A DNA stretch of 64,000 nucleotides, taken from Anaeromyxobacteraceae bacterium. Lineage in GTDB: Bacteria; Myxococcota; Myxococcia; Myxococcales; Anaeromyxobacteraceae. A program made the position numbers and the translations under genes. The notes beneath the pieces were generated by a model, which did not search any database, was not told the DNA's origin, and saw nothing but the letters and a program-made list of their open reading frames with translations. Of this stretch, positions 18,716 through 30,000 are shown in pieces (within the stretch, counting starts at the first letter, position 1; each line of letters begins with the position of its first letter). The DNA is taken from positions 3,360,001-3,424,000 of the forward strand of contig JASGHJ010000002.1 in the NCBI GenBank assembly GCA_047602405.1. Reading direction: 5' to 3'.

Positions 18716-20113
18716 TCAGCGGCGCGGCAGCGCCGAGGCAAGGTCGCCGTACAGGTGGATGGCGCTCTTCACGGCCTTGTGGAAGTCGGAGACGAGCAGG
18801 CTCTCGTTCTCCGAGTGCGGGTTCGAGAGGGGGTCCTCCACGCCGATCAGCAGGGCGGGCACGCCGCCGAGCGCCTTCGCGAACGGCTCCACGAAGCCGA
18901 TCGACCCGCCGCAGCCCACCGGCAGCGCCGGCCGGCCGTAGCCCTTCTCGAGCGCGCCGAACGCCGCCTTGAACGCGGGGTGGCCGACGTCGGTGATCCA
19001 CGGCGCGCCGCTCGTGAGGTGCTTCACGGACACCTCGACGCCCCACGGCGCCACGCGGCGCAGGAAGTCCTCGAGCATGCGGGCGACCTCCTTGTCGTCC
19101 TGGTCGGGGACGAGCCGGATGCCGACGCGCGCCCAGGCGGAGTCGTTGATGATGTTGCGGGCGTCCTTGCGTGAGGACGCCTGGATGGCGTTCACGCCGA
19201 CGGCCGGCTGCCACCAGTTGATCTCGAACGGGTGAGCGCCGCCGAGGAGCTGCACGCCGGGCTTCATCCTCACCTGCTTGCGGAACTCGTCCTTCGAGAT
19301 CGGCAGCTGCTCGATGCCGCGCTTCTGCTCGGGCGAGAGCTTGCGGACCCGGTCGTAGATGCCCGGGATGGCGATGCGGCCGTCCTCGGTCTGCAGCGCC
19401 GCGAGCATCTTCGCGAGCGCCATGGCCGGATCGGGCACCGGGCCGCCCCACATGCCCGAGTGGACGCTCTGATCGAGCGCGCGGACCTCGACCTCGACCG
19501 TGACGAGGCCACGCAGCGCGATGGTCACGCTCGGCACGCCCTGGTCGATGTTGCCCGTGTCGGTGAGCACCATCGCGTCGGCGTCGAGCTTGGAGCGGTA
19601 CTTCTCGAGGAACTGGCCGAGGTGATCGCTGCCGATCTCCTCCTCGCCCTCGACGACGATCTTCACGTTGAGCGGCATCCGCCCGGCGGTCTTCACCCAG
19701 GAGTCGACCGCGGCGGCGTGGATGAGGATGCCCGCCTTGTCGTCGGCGGTGCCGCGGCCCCAGAGCCGGCCGTCCTTCTCGACCGGCTCGAAGGGCTTCG
19801 TCTTCCAGAGCTCCTCGTCGCCCGCGGGCTGCACGTCGTGGTGGGCGTAGAGGAGGAGCGTCGGCGCCTTCGGGTCCTCGATGCGCTCGCCGAAGACGTA
19901 CGGGTGGGTGCCCTCGACGCGGAGCACCTCGACCTTCTGGAAGCCGCGGCCGGCCAGCACCTTCGCGGCGGCCTCCGCGCTCCGGACGACCTCGGCCTCC
20001 GGGAAGCCCGGGAAGGAGACGCTCGGGATGCGCACGAGGTCCTTCAGCTCTTCCAGGTAGGTCTTCGCGTGCTGTTCGTAGTGCGAGAGCGCCTTCTCGA
20101 CGGGGGAGGACAT
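18716..20113 (-). CDS. M20/M25/M40 metallopeptidase (dipeptidase-like)
   Basis: YAHHDVQP, GRGTADDKAG, EGEEEIGS, HSGMWGG, HSENES. Confidence 0.93.
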   Translation of the reverse strand: MSSPVEKALSHYEQHAKTYLEELKDLVRIPSVSFPGFPEAEVVRSAEAAAKVLAGRGFQKVEVLRVEGTHPYVFGERIEDPKAPTLLLYAHHDVQPAGDEELWKTKPFEPVEKDGRLWGRGTADDKAGILIHAAAVDSWVKTAGRMPLNVKIVVEGEEEIGSDHLGQFLEKYRSKLDADAMVLTDTGNIDQGVPSVTIALRGLVTVEVEVRALDQSVHSGMWGGPVPDPAMALAKMLAALQTEDGRIAIPGIYDRVRKLSPEQKRGIEQLPISKDEFRKQVRMKPGVQLLGGAHPFEINWWQPAVGVNAIQASSRKDARNIINDSAWARVGIRLVPDQDDKEVARMLEDFLRRVAPWGVEVSVKHLTSGAPWITDVGHPAFKAAFGALEKGYGRPALPVGCGGSIGFVEPFAKALGGVPALLIGVEDPLSNPHSENESLLVSDFHKAVKSAIHLYGDLASALPRR

Positions 20114-20135
20114 GCCGGGGTGTATAAACCGGTTG
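20114..20135. promoter_or_regulatory. Overlapping back-to-back -10 boxes (bidirectional leaderless promoter)
   Basis: TATAAA (+, 20123-20128) is 7 nt before the ycaO ATG; TATACA (-, 20121-20126) is 7 nt before the peptidase ATG. Confidence 0.55.
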
Positions 20136-21251
20136 ATGCCGTCCGTCAGCGCGCCCTCTCGGGACCCCTCCGCCGCGGCCCGGGCCGTCCTGGCCGCCAG
20201 CCTGGGGGTCACCCGCATCGCCCGGATCACCGGGCTCGACCGCCTGGGCGTGGAGGTCGCGAGCGCGATCCGCCCCGGCGGGCACGTCCTGCAGGTCACG
20301 AACGGCAAGGGGACCTCCCGCGGGATGGCCGCCCTGGGCGCGCTCCTCGAGGCCGCCGAGCTCGTCGGCGCCGAGCGTGCGCGGCTCGACCGCTGGGGTG
20401 ACGAGGCGTCGCTCGCCGCGCGCGGGACCGCGGTCATCGGGCCCGGCGCGCTCGACCCGGCCCTCGGCGAGGAGGCCCGGCGGGTCCGGATCGCCTGGCG
20501 GCTCGGCGAGGACCTCGTCGCGGGCGGCCCGGTGCTCGTGCCGGCGCAGGCCGTCCACTGCCCGCCCCCGGACGGGCCCTCGCTGGGCCCTGCCCTGCTC
20601 TCCTGGACCTCGAACGGCATGGGCGCCCACACCTCGGTCGCGGCCGCCGTGCTGCACGGCGTGCTCGAGCTCGCCGAGCGCGACCAGCTCGCGCGGGCGT
20701 TCCCGGAGGGGTTCACCGAGCGCGAGGTGCGGCGCCGGCTGCTCGACCCCGCCTCGCTCGTCGCCGCGGCCCCCGAGGCGGCCGGCCTCGCCCTCGAGCT
20801 CGAAGCGCGCGGCCTGCGCGTGATGCTGCTCGACGCGACCGGTGAGCTCGGGTTGCCGTGCGCCGCGGCCTTGCTGCTGGAGCCCGAAGGCCCGGTCCCG
20901 CTCGCCGCCGGCTACGCGTGCCGGACCGGGCGCGACCGGGCGCTCGTCGCCGCGCTCCACGAGGCCTGCCAGTCGCGGGCGACCGAGATCCACGGCGCCC
21001 GCGAGGACGTCGACGAGGCCGGCGAGCGGGAGGAGGAGCTGGACGTGCCGCTCATCCAGGGCCGCCGCGACGCCGCCGCCATGCCGGACCTCCGGGTCAC
21101 GACGCCGGAGAAGGCGCTGAAGGCCGTGCTCGCGAGGTTCGCGAAGGCCGGGATCGGGCAGGTCGCCGCCGTGCCCCTCGACGCGCCCGCCGGCTTCCAC
21201 GTGGTCCGCGCCGTGGCGCCGGGGATGCTGGTGTCGCCGCTGTTGATGTAG
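20136..21251 (+). CDS. ycaO: YcaO-family protein, TfuA-associated (thioamide) type
   Basis: LGVTRIARITGLDRLG, NGKG, TSNGMGA, ELAERD, EACQSRATEIHGAREDV; no PxPxP C-terminus. Confidence 0.88.
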   Translation: MPSVSAPSRDPSAAARAVLAASLGVTRIARITGLDRLGVEVASAIRPGGHVLQVTNGKGTSRGMAALGALLEAAELVGAERARLDRWGDEASLAARGTAVIGPGALDPALGEEARRVRIAWRLGEDLVAGGPVLVPAQAVHCPPPDGPSLGPALLSWTSNGMGAHTSVAAAVLHGVLELAERDQLARAFPEGFTEREVRRRLLDPASLVAAAPEAAGLALELEARGLRVMLLDATGELGLPCAAALLLEPEGPVPLAAGYACRTGRDRALVAALHEACQSRATEIHGAREDVDEAGEREEELDVPLIQGRRDAAAMPDLRVTTPEKALKAVLARFAKAGIGQVAAVPLDAPAGFHVVRAVAPGMLVSPLLM

Positions 21252-21275
21252 GCCGGCGCCCCGGCGCATGGATCC

Positions 21276-21324
21276 ACCCCCCTCTCCCTCAGCTCCACTG
21301 GGAGTAGAGGTCCGGGGCGAGGGG
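21276..21324. repeat. Palindromic intergenic element (CCCCTCTCCC...GAGGGG type)
   Basis: CCCCCCTCTCCCTCAGCTCCACTGGGAGTAGAGGTCCGGGGCGAGGGG between convergent genes. Confidence 0.4.
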
Positions 21325-21352
21325 AGCAGACAGAGACGATCTTCGTCAGCCC

Positions 21353-24300
21353 TCACTTCTCCAGCTTCACCGTCCCGAGATCGAGCTCCTGTCCGGCCAG
21401 CAGGCTGACCGTGCGGGACCACGGTTTATAACCCCGCGCGAAGATCCGGACCGTCTCCTCGCCCGGCGCGAGCCCTCCGACCCGGAGCACACCCGACGCG
21501 GCCGCACCAGGGTCGAAGGGCATGCCTTCGGGGTCGCTCGAGACGTTGCGGATCCCGGCGCCCAGCATCGCCGGCAGCGGCTTCCCGCCGGGATCGACGA
21601 CCCGCGCCACGAGCCTCGCCGGAAGTTCCACCGGGATGTCCGCGACGAGTGCCTCGCCCGAGTGAAGGTGTGCATCCCGAGCTCCCGTCCTGCCGTCTTC
21701 CGTGAGCACGATCAGCCTCGCCGGGATGGCAGGGACCTCCGCGAGCTCGAACCGGTCGGACGCGAAGCGCCTCGTCAGCACGTCGGTCGTGAGCCCTCCG
21801 CCCGAGGGGTAGACGAGTACGAGCGTGAAGCCCCTCACGGGCTTCCCCACCGGATCGCTCACGCGGCCCCGGAGCGGTGCACCCGGCCCGAGCTCGATGC
21901 GCACCGGGTTCTCCCCGGGCGCCACCACCTTCCTCGTCGCGCGGCAATCCGACCGCGCGTAGACGGTGACTCCGACCGTTTCCGCCGAGACCTGGAGCCC
22001 GACACGGCCCTTCTCGTCGGCGCGCAGCAGCGTCGAGGACTGGTCGCGTTCGACCCGCACCGACGCGAACGCGGCGGGGGACCCTCCAGGCTCCGTCACC
22101 TCGACGGTGAGTGAAGGTGGCGTCACCGGCAACGTGAGCTCCACGTGCTCCGTCCCCCCCGCGGTGACCTCGAAGGATCTGAACTCGCGCCTGGCCATCG
22201 ACGCGGGGTTGTCCGTGCGAACCGCGAACGCCTTCCAGGCGCCCGCCGAGACGCGCGCGCGGAACCGACCTCCCCGGTCGACGCGCGCCTTCACGGACTC
22301 GACATTCTGGTTCCAGAGGCCGAAGCGCTCCGGGGCGATGAAGGCCTGCACGACGCCCTCCAGGGGGCGACCGTCCTCTCTCGTGACCGACCCCTCGACG
22401 GTCCCGAGTGGTGCGAGCACGAAGTCGCTCCGTGCCGCCTTGCCAGGCTCGACCCTCAGGACGCGAACGGCGGGCGAGTCGCCGTCGCCCAGCCAGGCCC
22501 GCACGATGGTCTGGCCGGGCCTCACGGTAGGAAGACGGTAGCGACCGTCCGTACCGCTCACGGCGCGCGCCTCGCCTTCACCGCCCGACCAGATCGTGCC
22601 GCCCCGGATCCGCGCACCGGCGACCGGATTTCCGTCGGGATCGGTCACGCTGCCCTCGACGCTCCCGTTGGCCTCGAGACGGAAGTCCTGGAGGAATCGC
22701 TCACCGGGGAGGAGCGTGATCCCGCTCGCCATCAACTTCGCCCGCCCGTCCGCGTTCGCGTCCACGTCGTACTCGCCGGCCGCGAGCGGGCCGAACGCGT
22801 ACCGGCCATCGGCGCCGGTCAGGGCGCGCGCGAGCTCCCCGTCCCGCTCCCGGTTCGAGAGCAGCATGACCGCACCGGCGATCGGCGTCCCCTCTGCGCC
22901 GGTGACCCTGCCCTCGATCCCCGCGCCCGCGCCGAGCCGGAGCACGATCCCCTTCACGGCCTGGCCGGCCGCAAGAACGAGCTGCGACGGCAGCGCCCCG
23001 GTCTCTCCGCTCGCCTTCGCGGTGAGAACGTACGCACCGGGCACCACCTCGACCGCGAAGCCCCCCGAGGGTCCAGCCATGGCCGTGAACACCTCTCCCG
23101 TGCCGGAGAGCACGAGCTCCGCGTTCGGCGCGGCCCTGCCCTGCGAGTCGACCACGCGGCCCTCGATCGTCGCGGCAGCCTCGAGCTCGACCACGAGCGG
23201 GCTCGACGTCGGGAGCTCGAGCTTCCGCACGGCCGTGCGCGCCCGGCCGGGCGCCTCGGCCGCGAGCACGTAGGTGCCAGGGCCCGCGTCCGGGAACGCG
23301 AACGCACCCGTGGCGTCCGCCACGGTCCCCGCGCGCTCCTCCACGGGCGTGTCAGTCTCGGAGCGCCAGGACAGCGCTCGAACCAGCACGAGCGTCGCGA
23401 GTGGTACGACCGCACCGCCCGGACGCTCGATCACCTTCCCCGTGAGCCCCACCGCCGGCTCGAGCGCGAGCGCTACCGGCGTCGCGGGCTCGCCCTCAGG
23501 GCGCACGAGCTCGACCTGCTTCGCGGCGAGCCGCGCTGCGCGCGCGGAGACCATCCAGCGCCCCGAGGCAGCGGGGACGTCGACCGCGCCGTCCTCGCCG
23601 GTGTCCACCTCCGCCGCGAGCCGCCAGGCGGGACGATCGGCGGCGGGCGCCACCGGGAGCTCGCGCCAGGCGCGGACCCTCGCGCCTGCGACGGGTTTCT
23701 CGGCCGAGGTGACACGCACGCGGAGCACGCCGGACGACGCCGGCGGCGGTTCGTCGCGCGGGGTCGGAGGAGTGTCGCGGTCTCCCGGCGCGCGCTCACC
23801 GGGCGGACGCGCGACGGTGATCGCGCCGGGGGCCGGTCCGGAGCCGCCCCCGGGACCGCCCGCGCGCGGAAGCAGCCCGATGAGGAACGCCAGGGCGACG
23901 GCGCCTCCGATCGCGGGGAGCGCCCACTTCGGCGCGCTCGTCAGCGCGGCCGTCGCCGTACCGGCCACGGCACCCGACGCGGACGCCGGCAACGCCGCCA
24001 CGACCGCAGCTCCGAACGCCGCGCCGGGCGCGCCCGCCTCCGCGGCGTCGGCGAAGCGTCGGAGGAGATCCTCACGTAGCTTCCCGCGCGCCCGGGAGAG
24101 CCTCTGGTGCACGGCGGCTTCGCCGAGCCCGAGGAGCTCCCCCAACTGCGCGGTCGACCTACCCTCCAGGTAGTACAGCGCGAGCACCTCGCGCGCGTCC
24201 TCCGGCAATGCGTCGAAGGCCTCGTGGAGGATCGTGCGGCGTTCCTCGGCGAGCAGCCGGTCCTCCGGCGCGGGCCCCTGGTCCGCGGCGTTCGCGAGCG

Positions 24301-24610
24301 CGGCCTCGGCGGGCTCGCCGCCCAACGTCCGCCCGCGCCGTTCCGCGACCCGGCGGGCGCGCTGGCGGGTGACCTCGCGCAGGAACGGCAGGAACGAGCG
24401 GGGGCTGCGAAGCTTCGGGAGGTCGGCGTGGACGAGCAGGTAGACGTCCTGCGCGACGTCCTTCGAGGCCTCCGGATCCCGGAGTTCGGCGAGCGCGATC
24501 GCGGACACGAGGCGGCTCGTGGCCTCCACGAGCCGGCGAAACGCGTCGCGATCACCGCCGGCGGCGGCGACGACGAGCGGCTCGAGGGTTGAGGCGGAGG
24601 GATCGGTCAT
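21353..24610 (-). CDS. ECF sigma factor fused to a TM helix and multiple carboxypeptidase-regulatory-like domains (1085 aa)
   Basis: sigma2 (GDRDAFRRLVE...DVAQDVYL) and sigma4 (LPEDAREVLALYYLEG...VHQRLSRARGKL); TM IGGAVALAFLIGLL; repeated IEGRVxDxxGxPxxGA beta-sandwiches. Confidence 0.88.
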   Translation of the reverse strand: MTDPSASTLEPLVVAAAGGDRDAFRRLVEATSRLVSAIALAELRDPEASKDVAQDVYLLVHADLPKLRSPRSFLPFLREVTRQRARRVAERRGRTLGGEPAEAALANAADQGPAPEDRLLAEERRTILHEAFDALPEDAREVLALYYLEGRSTAQLGELLGLGEAAVHQRLSRARGKLREDLLRRFADAAEAGAPGAAFGAAVVAALPASASGAVAGTATAALTSAPKWALPAIGGAVALAFLIGLLPRAGGPGGGSGPAPGAITVARPPGERAPGDRDTPPTPRDEPPPASSGVLRVRVTSAEKPVAGARVRAWRELPVAPAADRPAWRLAAEVDTGEDGAVDVPAASGRWMVSARAARLAAKQVELVRPEGEPATPVALALEPAVGLTGKVIERPGGAVVPLATLVLVRALSWRSETDTPVEERAGTVADATGAFAFPDAGPGTYVLAAEAPGRARTAVRKLELPTSSPLVVELEAAATIEGRVVDSQGRAAPNAELVLSGTGEVFTAMAGPSGGFAVEVVPGAYVLTAKASGETGALPSQLVLAAGQAVKGIVLRLGAGAGIEGRVTGAEGTPIAGAVMLLSNRERDGELARALTGADGRYAFGPLAAGEYDVDANADGRAKLMASGITLLPGERFLQDFRLEANGSVEGSVTDPDGNPVAGARIRGGTIWSGGEGEARAVSGTDGRYRLPTVRPGQTIVRAWLGDGDSPAVRVLRVEPGKAARSDFVLAPLGTVEGSVTREDGRPLEGVVQAFIAPERFGLWNQNVESVKARVDRGGRFRARVSAGAWKAFAVRTDNPASMARREFRSFEVTAGGTEHVELTLPVTPPSLTVEVTEPGGSPAAFASVRVERDQSSTLLRADEKGRVGLQVSAETVGVTVYARSDCRATRKVVAPGENPVRIELGPGAPLRGRVSDPVGKPVRGFTLVLVYPSGGGLTTDVLTRRFASDRFELAEVPAIPARLIVLTEDGRTGARDAHLHSGEALVADIPVELPARLVARVVDPGGKPLPAMLGAGIRNVSSDPEGMPFDPGAAASGVLRVGGLAPGEETVRIFARGYKPWSRTVSLLAGQELDLGTVKLEK

Positions 24611-24696
24611 GGCGGGGCTCCCTGGGGAGGCGCCGTGGCGCCTTCACGCATAGCACAGGGAGCCCACCGTTCCTGACCGAACCGCTCCGGCCGGGG

Positions 24697-25047
24697 CTAC
24701 TTCAGGCAGACCGCCTCGACGTTGTTCCCGTCCGGGTCGACGAGGAACGCGGCGTAGTACCTCGGATTGTAGTCCGCGCGGATGCCGGGCTTGCCGTTGT
24801 CCTTGCCGCCCGCGGCGAGGCCGGCGGCGTGGAAGCGGTCGACCGACGCGCGGTCCTTCGCCTGGAAGGCGAGGTGGACGCCGCGGTCGCCCTTCGCGCC
24901 GTCGTAGATCCACAGCGCGGGCGCGCCGGGCGGGCCGAAGCCCGCGCCCGAGGCGTCGGGGACGAGCCCGAGCGGCTCGAGGGCGGCGGTGTAGAAGCGG
25001 GTGCTCGCGCGGGCATCCTTCACCCGCAGGCCGACGTGATCGAACAT
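24697..25047 (-). CDS. VOC/glyoxalase family protein
   Basis: MFDHVGLRV, HLAFQA, GGKDNGKPGIR, YYAAFLVDPDGNNVEAVC. Confidence 0.93.
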   Translation of the reverse strand: MFDHVGLRVKDARASTRFYTAALEPLGLVPDASGAGFGPPGAPALWIYDGAKGDRGVHLAFQAKDRASVDRFHAAGLAAGGKDNGKPGIRADYNPRYYAAFLVDPDGNNVEAVCLK

Positions 25048-25073
25048 GGTGTTCCTCCTCGTGTGGAGGAACC

Positions 25074-25919
25074 CTAGGACCTCGCGGCGAGCCGCTCTTG
25101 GAGGATCTTGCGGTCCCCGCGGGACGCGCGCCGGAACGCGCCCGGCGAGGCGCCGGCGGCGCGGCCGAAGGTGCGGACGAAGTTCGAGAGATCGGAGAAG
25201 CCGGCCTCGAGGGCGACCTCGGTGACCGGGCGGTCCGGCGTCCTCGCGAGCAGCGTGGCGGCGCGGCGGAGGCGGGCGCGCACGAGGTACTGGTGCGGGG
25301 TCGCGCCGACGACGGCCTGGAAGATGCGCAGGAAGTGGAAGGTGCCGAGGCCCGCCCTGCGTGCGGCGCCGGCGAGGCCGCTCGAGTCCTCGGGGTGATC
25401 GTCCAGGTACAGGGCGGCCTCGGTGGCGCGGCGGCGGTCGGCGGGGCTCGCGCGCGGGAGCCGGAGCGGCTTGCCCGTGGCCGTGCGCGCGAAGCGGGCG
25501 GCGAGCGTGAGGGCGGCCTCGTCCACCCCGAGCTCCGAGCGGCCCAGCGCGGCGTGCGCGGCGAGCTCGGCGAGGACGGCGAGCGCCGCGCAGGGCGGGA
25601 GCGCGCCGAGCCGCCAGGCTCCGCCGGCCTGCAGGGACGCGGCGAGCCCCGGTGAGAGGGCGATCGAGAGACACACGTCGCCGCCCTGGCCGTGGTCGTG
25701 CGTGCACGTGTACTCGTCGCCGGGGTGACCGACCAGCACGGAGCCGGGGACGAGCTCGTGGCGGTGGCCGCGGGTCAGGACCGAGAAGGTGCCCTCGCGG
25801 ACGAGGGAGATCGTGTGCGCGACGTGGGACTCGGGCGACGAGCGGGAGTCCGGGCCTTCCTCGCAGAGGTAGGTGGAGACGCGGAGGTCGGGGTCCTGGT
25901 GGTGGACCGTGCGGCGCAT
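25074..25919 (-). CDS. AraC family transcriptional regulator
   Basis: [19 protein letters not shown]...[32 protein letters not shown]. Confidence 0.93.
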   Translation of the reverse strand: MRRTVHHQDPDLRVSTYLCEEGPDSRSSPESHVAHTISLVREGTFSVLTRGHRHELVPGSVLVGHPGDEYTCTHDHGQGGDVCLSIALSPGLAASLQAGGAWRLGALPPCAALAVLAELAAHAALGRSELGVDEAALTLAARFARTATGKPLRLPRASPADRRRATEAALYLDDHPEDSSGLAGAARRAGLGTFHFLRIFQAVVGATPHQYLVRARLRRAATLLARTPDRPVTEVALEAGFSDLSNFVRTFGRAAGASPGAFRRASRGDRKILQERLAARS

Positions 25920-25992
25920 GAGCCCGGTGTAACCGGGGCGGACGTGGGGTGCAGGGGAAGCGAAACGCCGGGCGTCCGGCCCCGTCGCTGGC

Positions 25993-26880
25993 TCAGCGGT
26001 ACGCCGCCCACATCTGGTTCGCGCGGGTGTCCTGACCGGCGGTGAACTCGAACATGCAGGCGTCGTCCGTGTAGTCCATGAAGTTGTGGATCGGGTCGAG
26101 GCCGGGGCTGCGGCGGTTCGGGCAGGAGTCGCGGCCGGTCGGGCAGCCGAAGGCGGCCGACTTCTCGGCGGGCGTGTCGCTCACGCCGTCGCCCTTGTTA
26201 CAGCCGCCCTGGAACGTGTGGTAGAGGCCGAGCCAGTGGCCGACCTCGTGGGTGGCCGTGTCGCCCTCGTTGTACGGCGCCGCGCTCCCGCCCGGCACCG
26301 ACGCATAGAGGATGACGACGCCGTCCATCGACGGGCTGCTCGCGTAGCTCCAGGGGAAGGTCGCCCAGCCGAGCAGGCCGCCGCCCATGTCGTTGGAGTA
26401 GACGTTGAGCGCGTTCGAGCCCCCCTGGCGCAACGCCGTCTTCATCTGGGTCTCGCAGCTCCCGCCGGTGCACGTGTACCAGGCGTCGTTGGCCGTGACG
26501 TCCGTCCCGGCGAGGGTGAAGGAGAAGCCCGAGGGGAGGTACGCGTCGTTGAGCACGGAGAGCTGGGCGCTGATCTGCGCGGCCGTCGCCATGCCGCCCG
26601 TGCCGCTCGAGTTCGTGATGTTGTGCCAGTACACCGGGATGCTCTTCGAGGCGGTCAGCGCCTGCTCGGAGACGCCCCCGATCGAGCGGAGGATGGCCTC
26701 GGTCTGCGCCTCGACCAGCGCGAACTCGATCTCCGACAGATCCGCGACCCCGCAGGTGCGCAGGGTCGCGGGCAGCACCTCGCCTCCGCCGGCGGGGGCG
26801 AGCTCCTCGGGAGATCCGCAGGCGGTGAGGAGCGCGAGGGGGACGGCGATCAGCGCGGCGACGCGCGGGAGGGCGTTCAT
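25993..26880 (-). CDS. Zinc metalloprotease, M43 (pappalysin/ulilysin-like), lipoprotein
   Basis: [28 protein letters not shown] Met-turn, lipobox LTAC, propeptide RTCG. Confidence 0.93.
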   Translation of the reverse strand: MNALPRVAALIAVPLALLTACGSPEELAPAGGGEVLPATLRTCGVADLSEIEFALVEAQTEAILRSIGGVSEQALTASKSIPVYWHNITNSSGTGGMATAAQISAQLSVLNDAYLPSGFSFTLAGTDVTANDAWYTCTGGSCETQMKTALRQGGSNALNVYSNDMGGGLLGWATFPWSYASSPSMDGVVILYASVPGGSAAPYNEGDTATHEVGHWLGLYHTFQGGCNKGDGVSDTPAEKSAAFGCPTGRDSCPNRRSPGLDPIHNFMDYTDDACMFEFTAGQDTRANQMWAAYR

Positions 26881-27000
26881 GGGGCGGCCTTTCCTGTGAG
26901 GGAGGAAGCCATCCTGAGGTGTGGGTGCGCCCGCGCGCGGGCAAGCGCCCCTTCCGGCCAGGCCCTGCCCGGCGCGCCCCTCGAGGTGCCGCGCGCCGCG

Positions 27001-30000
27001 TCAGGGCACCGGCGCGAACGCGCGGCAGGTGCCGAGGTGGTCGAGCAACAGCCGCACCCTCCCCGCCGCCACCGTGAACCGCGCCCCGGTGCCGGTCGAG
27101 AGGTCCCCATCGGCGTCGCGCGGGAGCTCGACCCACGTCTCCGCGGGCAGCCAGCGCGTGCGGCCGTCGGCGGTGCGGGCGAGGCCGCCTGCGCCGTCGC
27201 CGGCCCACCCGGTGGTCTCGCGGCAGACGACGCGCGCCTGCGTCGCGGTCCAGTCCGTGCCGGCGGTCGTGCCGTAGAGCGGGAGCTCCACGCCGACGAG
27301 CGTGCCGGCGCCCCACGACGCGAGCTGCGAGCGCGCGGTCACGACGCGTCCGGCGGCGCCGTCGGAGGCGTCGGAGAGCCAGTCGCCCTCGATCCGCCAG
27401 GGCTTCGTCACGGCCTTCCACCCGGCCGCGAGCGGCATCACCGCGGCCGCGAGCATGCGGTCGACGAAGCCGTCGCGGCTGGCGCGGGCGGACCCGAGCA
27501 GGCCCGAGCGATCGGCGTCGGGCCTGAGGACGAGGTCGAGCGCGCGCGGCCTGCCGAAGCGATCGGTGGCCGCCGGACCGGCGGCGCCCGGGCGCACGGT
27601 CGAGAGCGCCTGCGACGACGTCCAGGCGGGCACGCCGAGCCAGCGGGCGCCCGGGAAGCCCAGCACGGTGTTCGTGACGGTGTTCCCGCTCGTCCCGTAG
27701 AGCTCGGGGATCCCGTCGCGGTCCGCGTCGCCCGCGCCCCACGCGTCGCCGCTGACCGTCATGCCGGTCGCGATCGGTGGGCCGAAGTCGCCGCTCGGCT
27801 TGCCGGACGTCTCGAGCCCCATCTGCACCCAGACCGGGAACGGCCCCACCGTCGCGCCGAAGCCGACGAGGTCGAGCGTGCCGTCGGCGTTCACGTCGAC
27901 GAGCCGGATGTGGTTGAGGCCGCTCGCGGAGGTCGAGGTCTTCTCGAGGGCGAGCGGGCACGCGCCGGTGAAGCCGTGGACGTACACGGCCGCGGCGGTC
28001 GTCACGACGAGCTCGTTGCGGCCGTCGCCGTCGACGTCGCCCACCGCGGCGTCGAGCACGGCGCCGGGCTCGGTGAGCGTGCAGGGCGCGGCGAAGCGCG
28101 TCCCGCCGCCCGGGGTCGCGATCCAGGCGGCCACGTTCGTGCCGCCCGTCGCGACGAGGTCCTCCACGCCGTCGCCGTCGAGGTCGCCGAGGGCCACCCG
28201 GTCGACCGAGAAGCCGGGGTTCAGCTGGAAGGTCACCCAGGACGTCACCGGCCCCCGCGCCGCGGCGCCGCGGGCGAGCGCGATCCAGAGCGCGCCGCTC
28301 TCGTGGTAGAGCGCGTCCTCGCGCCCGTCGTCGTCGAGGTCGGCGCCGTCCACGAACCCGAACTTCTGCGTCCCGCCGCCGGCGTTCACGAACACACCGC
28401 GCGCGAAGTGGAACGGGTCGGCGGGGCCGTTCGCGGCCGTCACGAAGAAGCTCCCCGGCTCGCCGCTGAGCAGGACGTCGAGCGCGCCGTCCCCGGTCAC
28501 GTCCGCGAAGCCCACGTAGTCGGACGCGGCCTGATCGGCGATCCCGTCCGGGAAGAGCAGCGTGGGGTTCGCCGCGGCCTCGAGCCCGAGGGCGCCCTGG
28601 CCTCCGCGCGAGGTGCCGAGGAACGGCGCGACCGTGCGGAGGCTCGCGCGCGTCGCGTCCGCGACGAGCACGTCGGCGAGCCCGTCGCCGTCCACGTCGC
28701 CGGCGAGGAGGCCGCGCGTGCCCGGCGCCGCGGGGGCGCTCCCGTACGCGGCGAAGCTGCCCGCGGGGATCGCCGCCGCGCTCGAGTCCGCGAACACCCG
28801 CGCGGCCGTCGCGGTCGTCACCACCGTCGCGGGCTGGACGCCCTTCGCGCCGAGCCGCACCACGCGCTGATCCACGCCCGCGCCGGCGAGCGGCTGCGCC
28901 GCGAGCCGGAGGAGCTGCGCGTCCACGTCGTACGCCCACGCCGTCGTCGCGCCGGCGGCGGCGACCACGAGCCGGCCGTCGTCGAGCGCCGGCCCGGGCG
29001 CGTCCCAGTGGATGGCGAGCGCCGTGCCGGGGGTCTCGGCCTGCGCGAGCGCGTGCCAGCCGCCCGTGCGCGAGAGGACCCGCGCGCGCAGCGTGCCCAC
29101 GAAGTAGATGTCGGCCGCGAGCAGCTCGTCCACCCCGTCGCCGTCCACGTCTCCCGCGGCGAGCGCCGCGTCGACGGGCGAGGTCGAGTCGACGAACGTC
29201 GCGAGCCCCGTCGCGACGTCCTCGGCGGTCGCGGAGACCAGCCCGGCCTTCCCGCCCTTCACGCCGCGGCGCACCTGGATCGCGATGGGCACGCGCTTCG
29301 AGCCGGTGGGATCGCCGCTGCCCGAGCCGCCCAGGAAAGCGTAGGCGAGGTCCCCCGCCCCGTCGCCGTCGAAGTCGCCGATGGCGATCGCCCAGGGCAT
29401 GCCGACCGCGAGGTCGAGGTCCTGGGTGAACGTGCCGTCGCCGCTGGCGTGGAAGAGCCGGAGGCCGGTCGGGGTGCTGACCGCGAGGTCGTCCTTCCCG
29501 TCGCCGTCGAGGTCGCCCGCGGCGATCTTGGCGGCCACCGTGTTCAGGGAGCCGCTCGTCAGCACCTGCGGGGAGAGCGTGAGGCCGCCGGCCCCGCCGA
29601 GCGCGAAGCGCGCATCGTCCACCTCGGTCCGGATGGCGAGGTCGTCGAAGCCGTCGCCGTTGAAGTCGCCCACCGCGGCGCGCATGCGCCCGCTGACGCC
29701 GGCGAGGTCCGCGGCGGCGCCGAGCCCCCCCGCGGCGGTGCCCGGCCAGAACCGGATGCCTCCCAGGGACGTGCCCACCGACACGAGGTCCACGAGCTTG
29801 TCGCCGTTGAAGTCGCCCGCGAACAGGAGCGGCGAGGTCCCCGCCACCGTCAGCGTCTGCGCCTCCCGGTGGGTCGCGTCGAAGGCGCGCACGGAGTCGA
29901 TGCCGACCGCGAACGGCACGCCCACGACCACCCAGCCGCTCGCGGCGGTGTCGTCGGCGGCCCGCACGCGCACCTCCACGTCGTCCGCCCGGTCGGGCAG

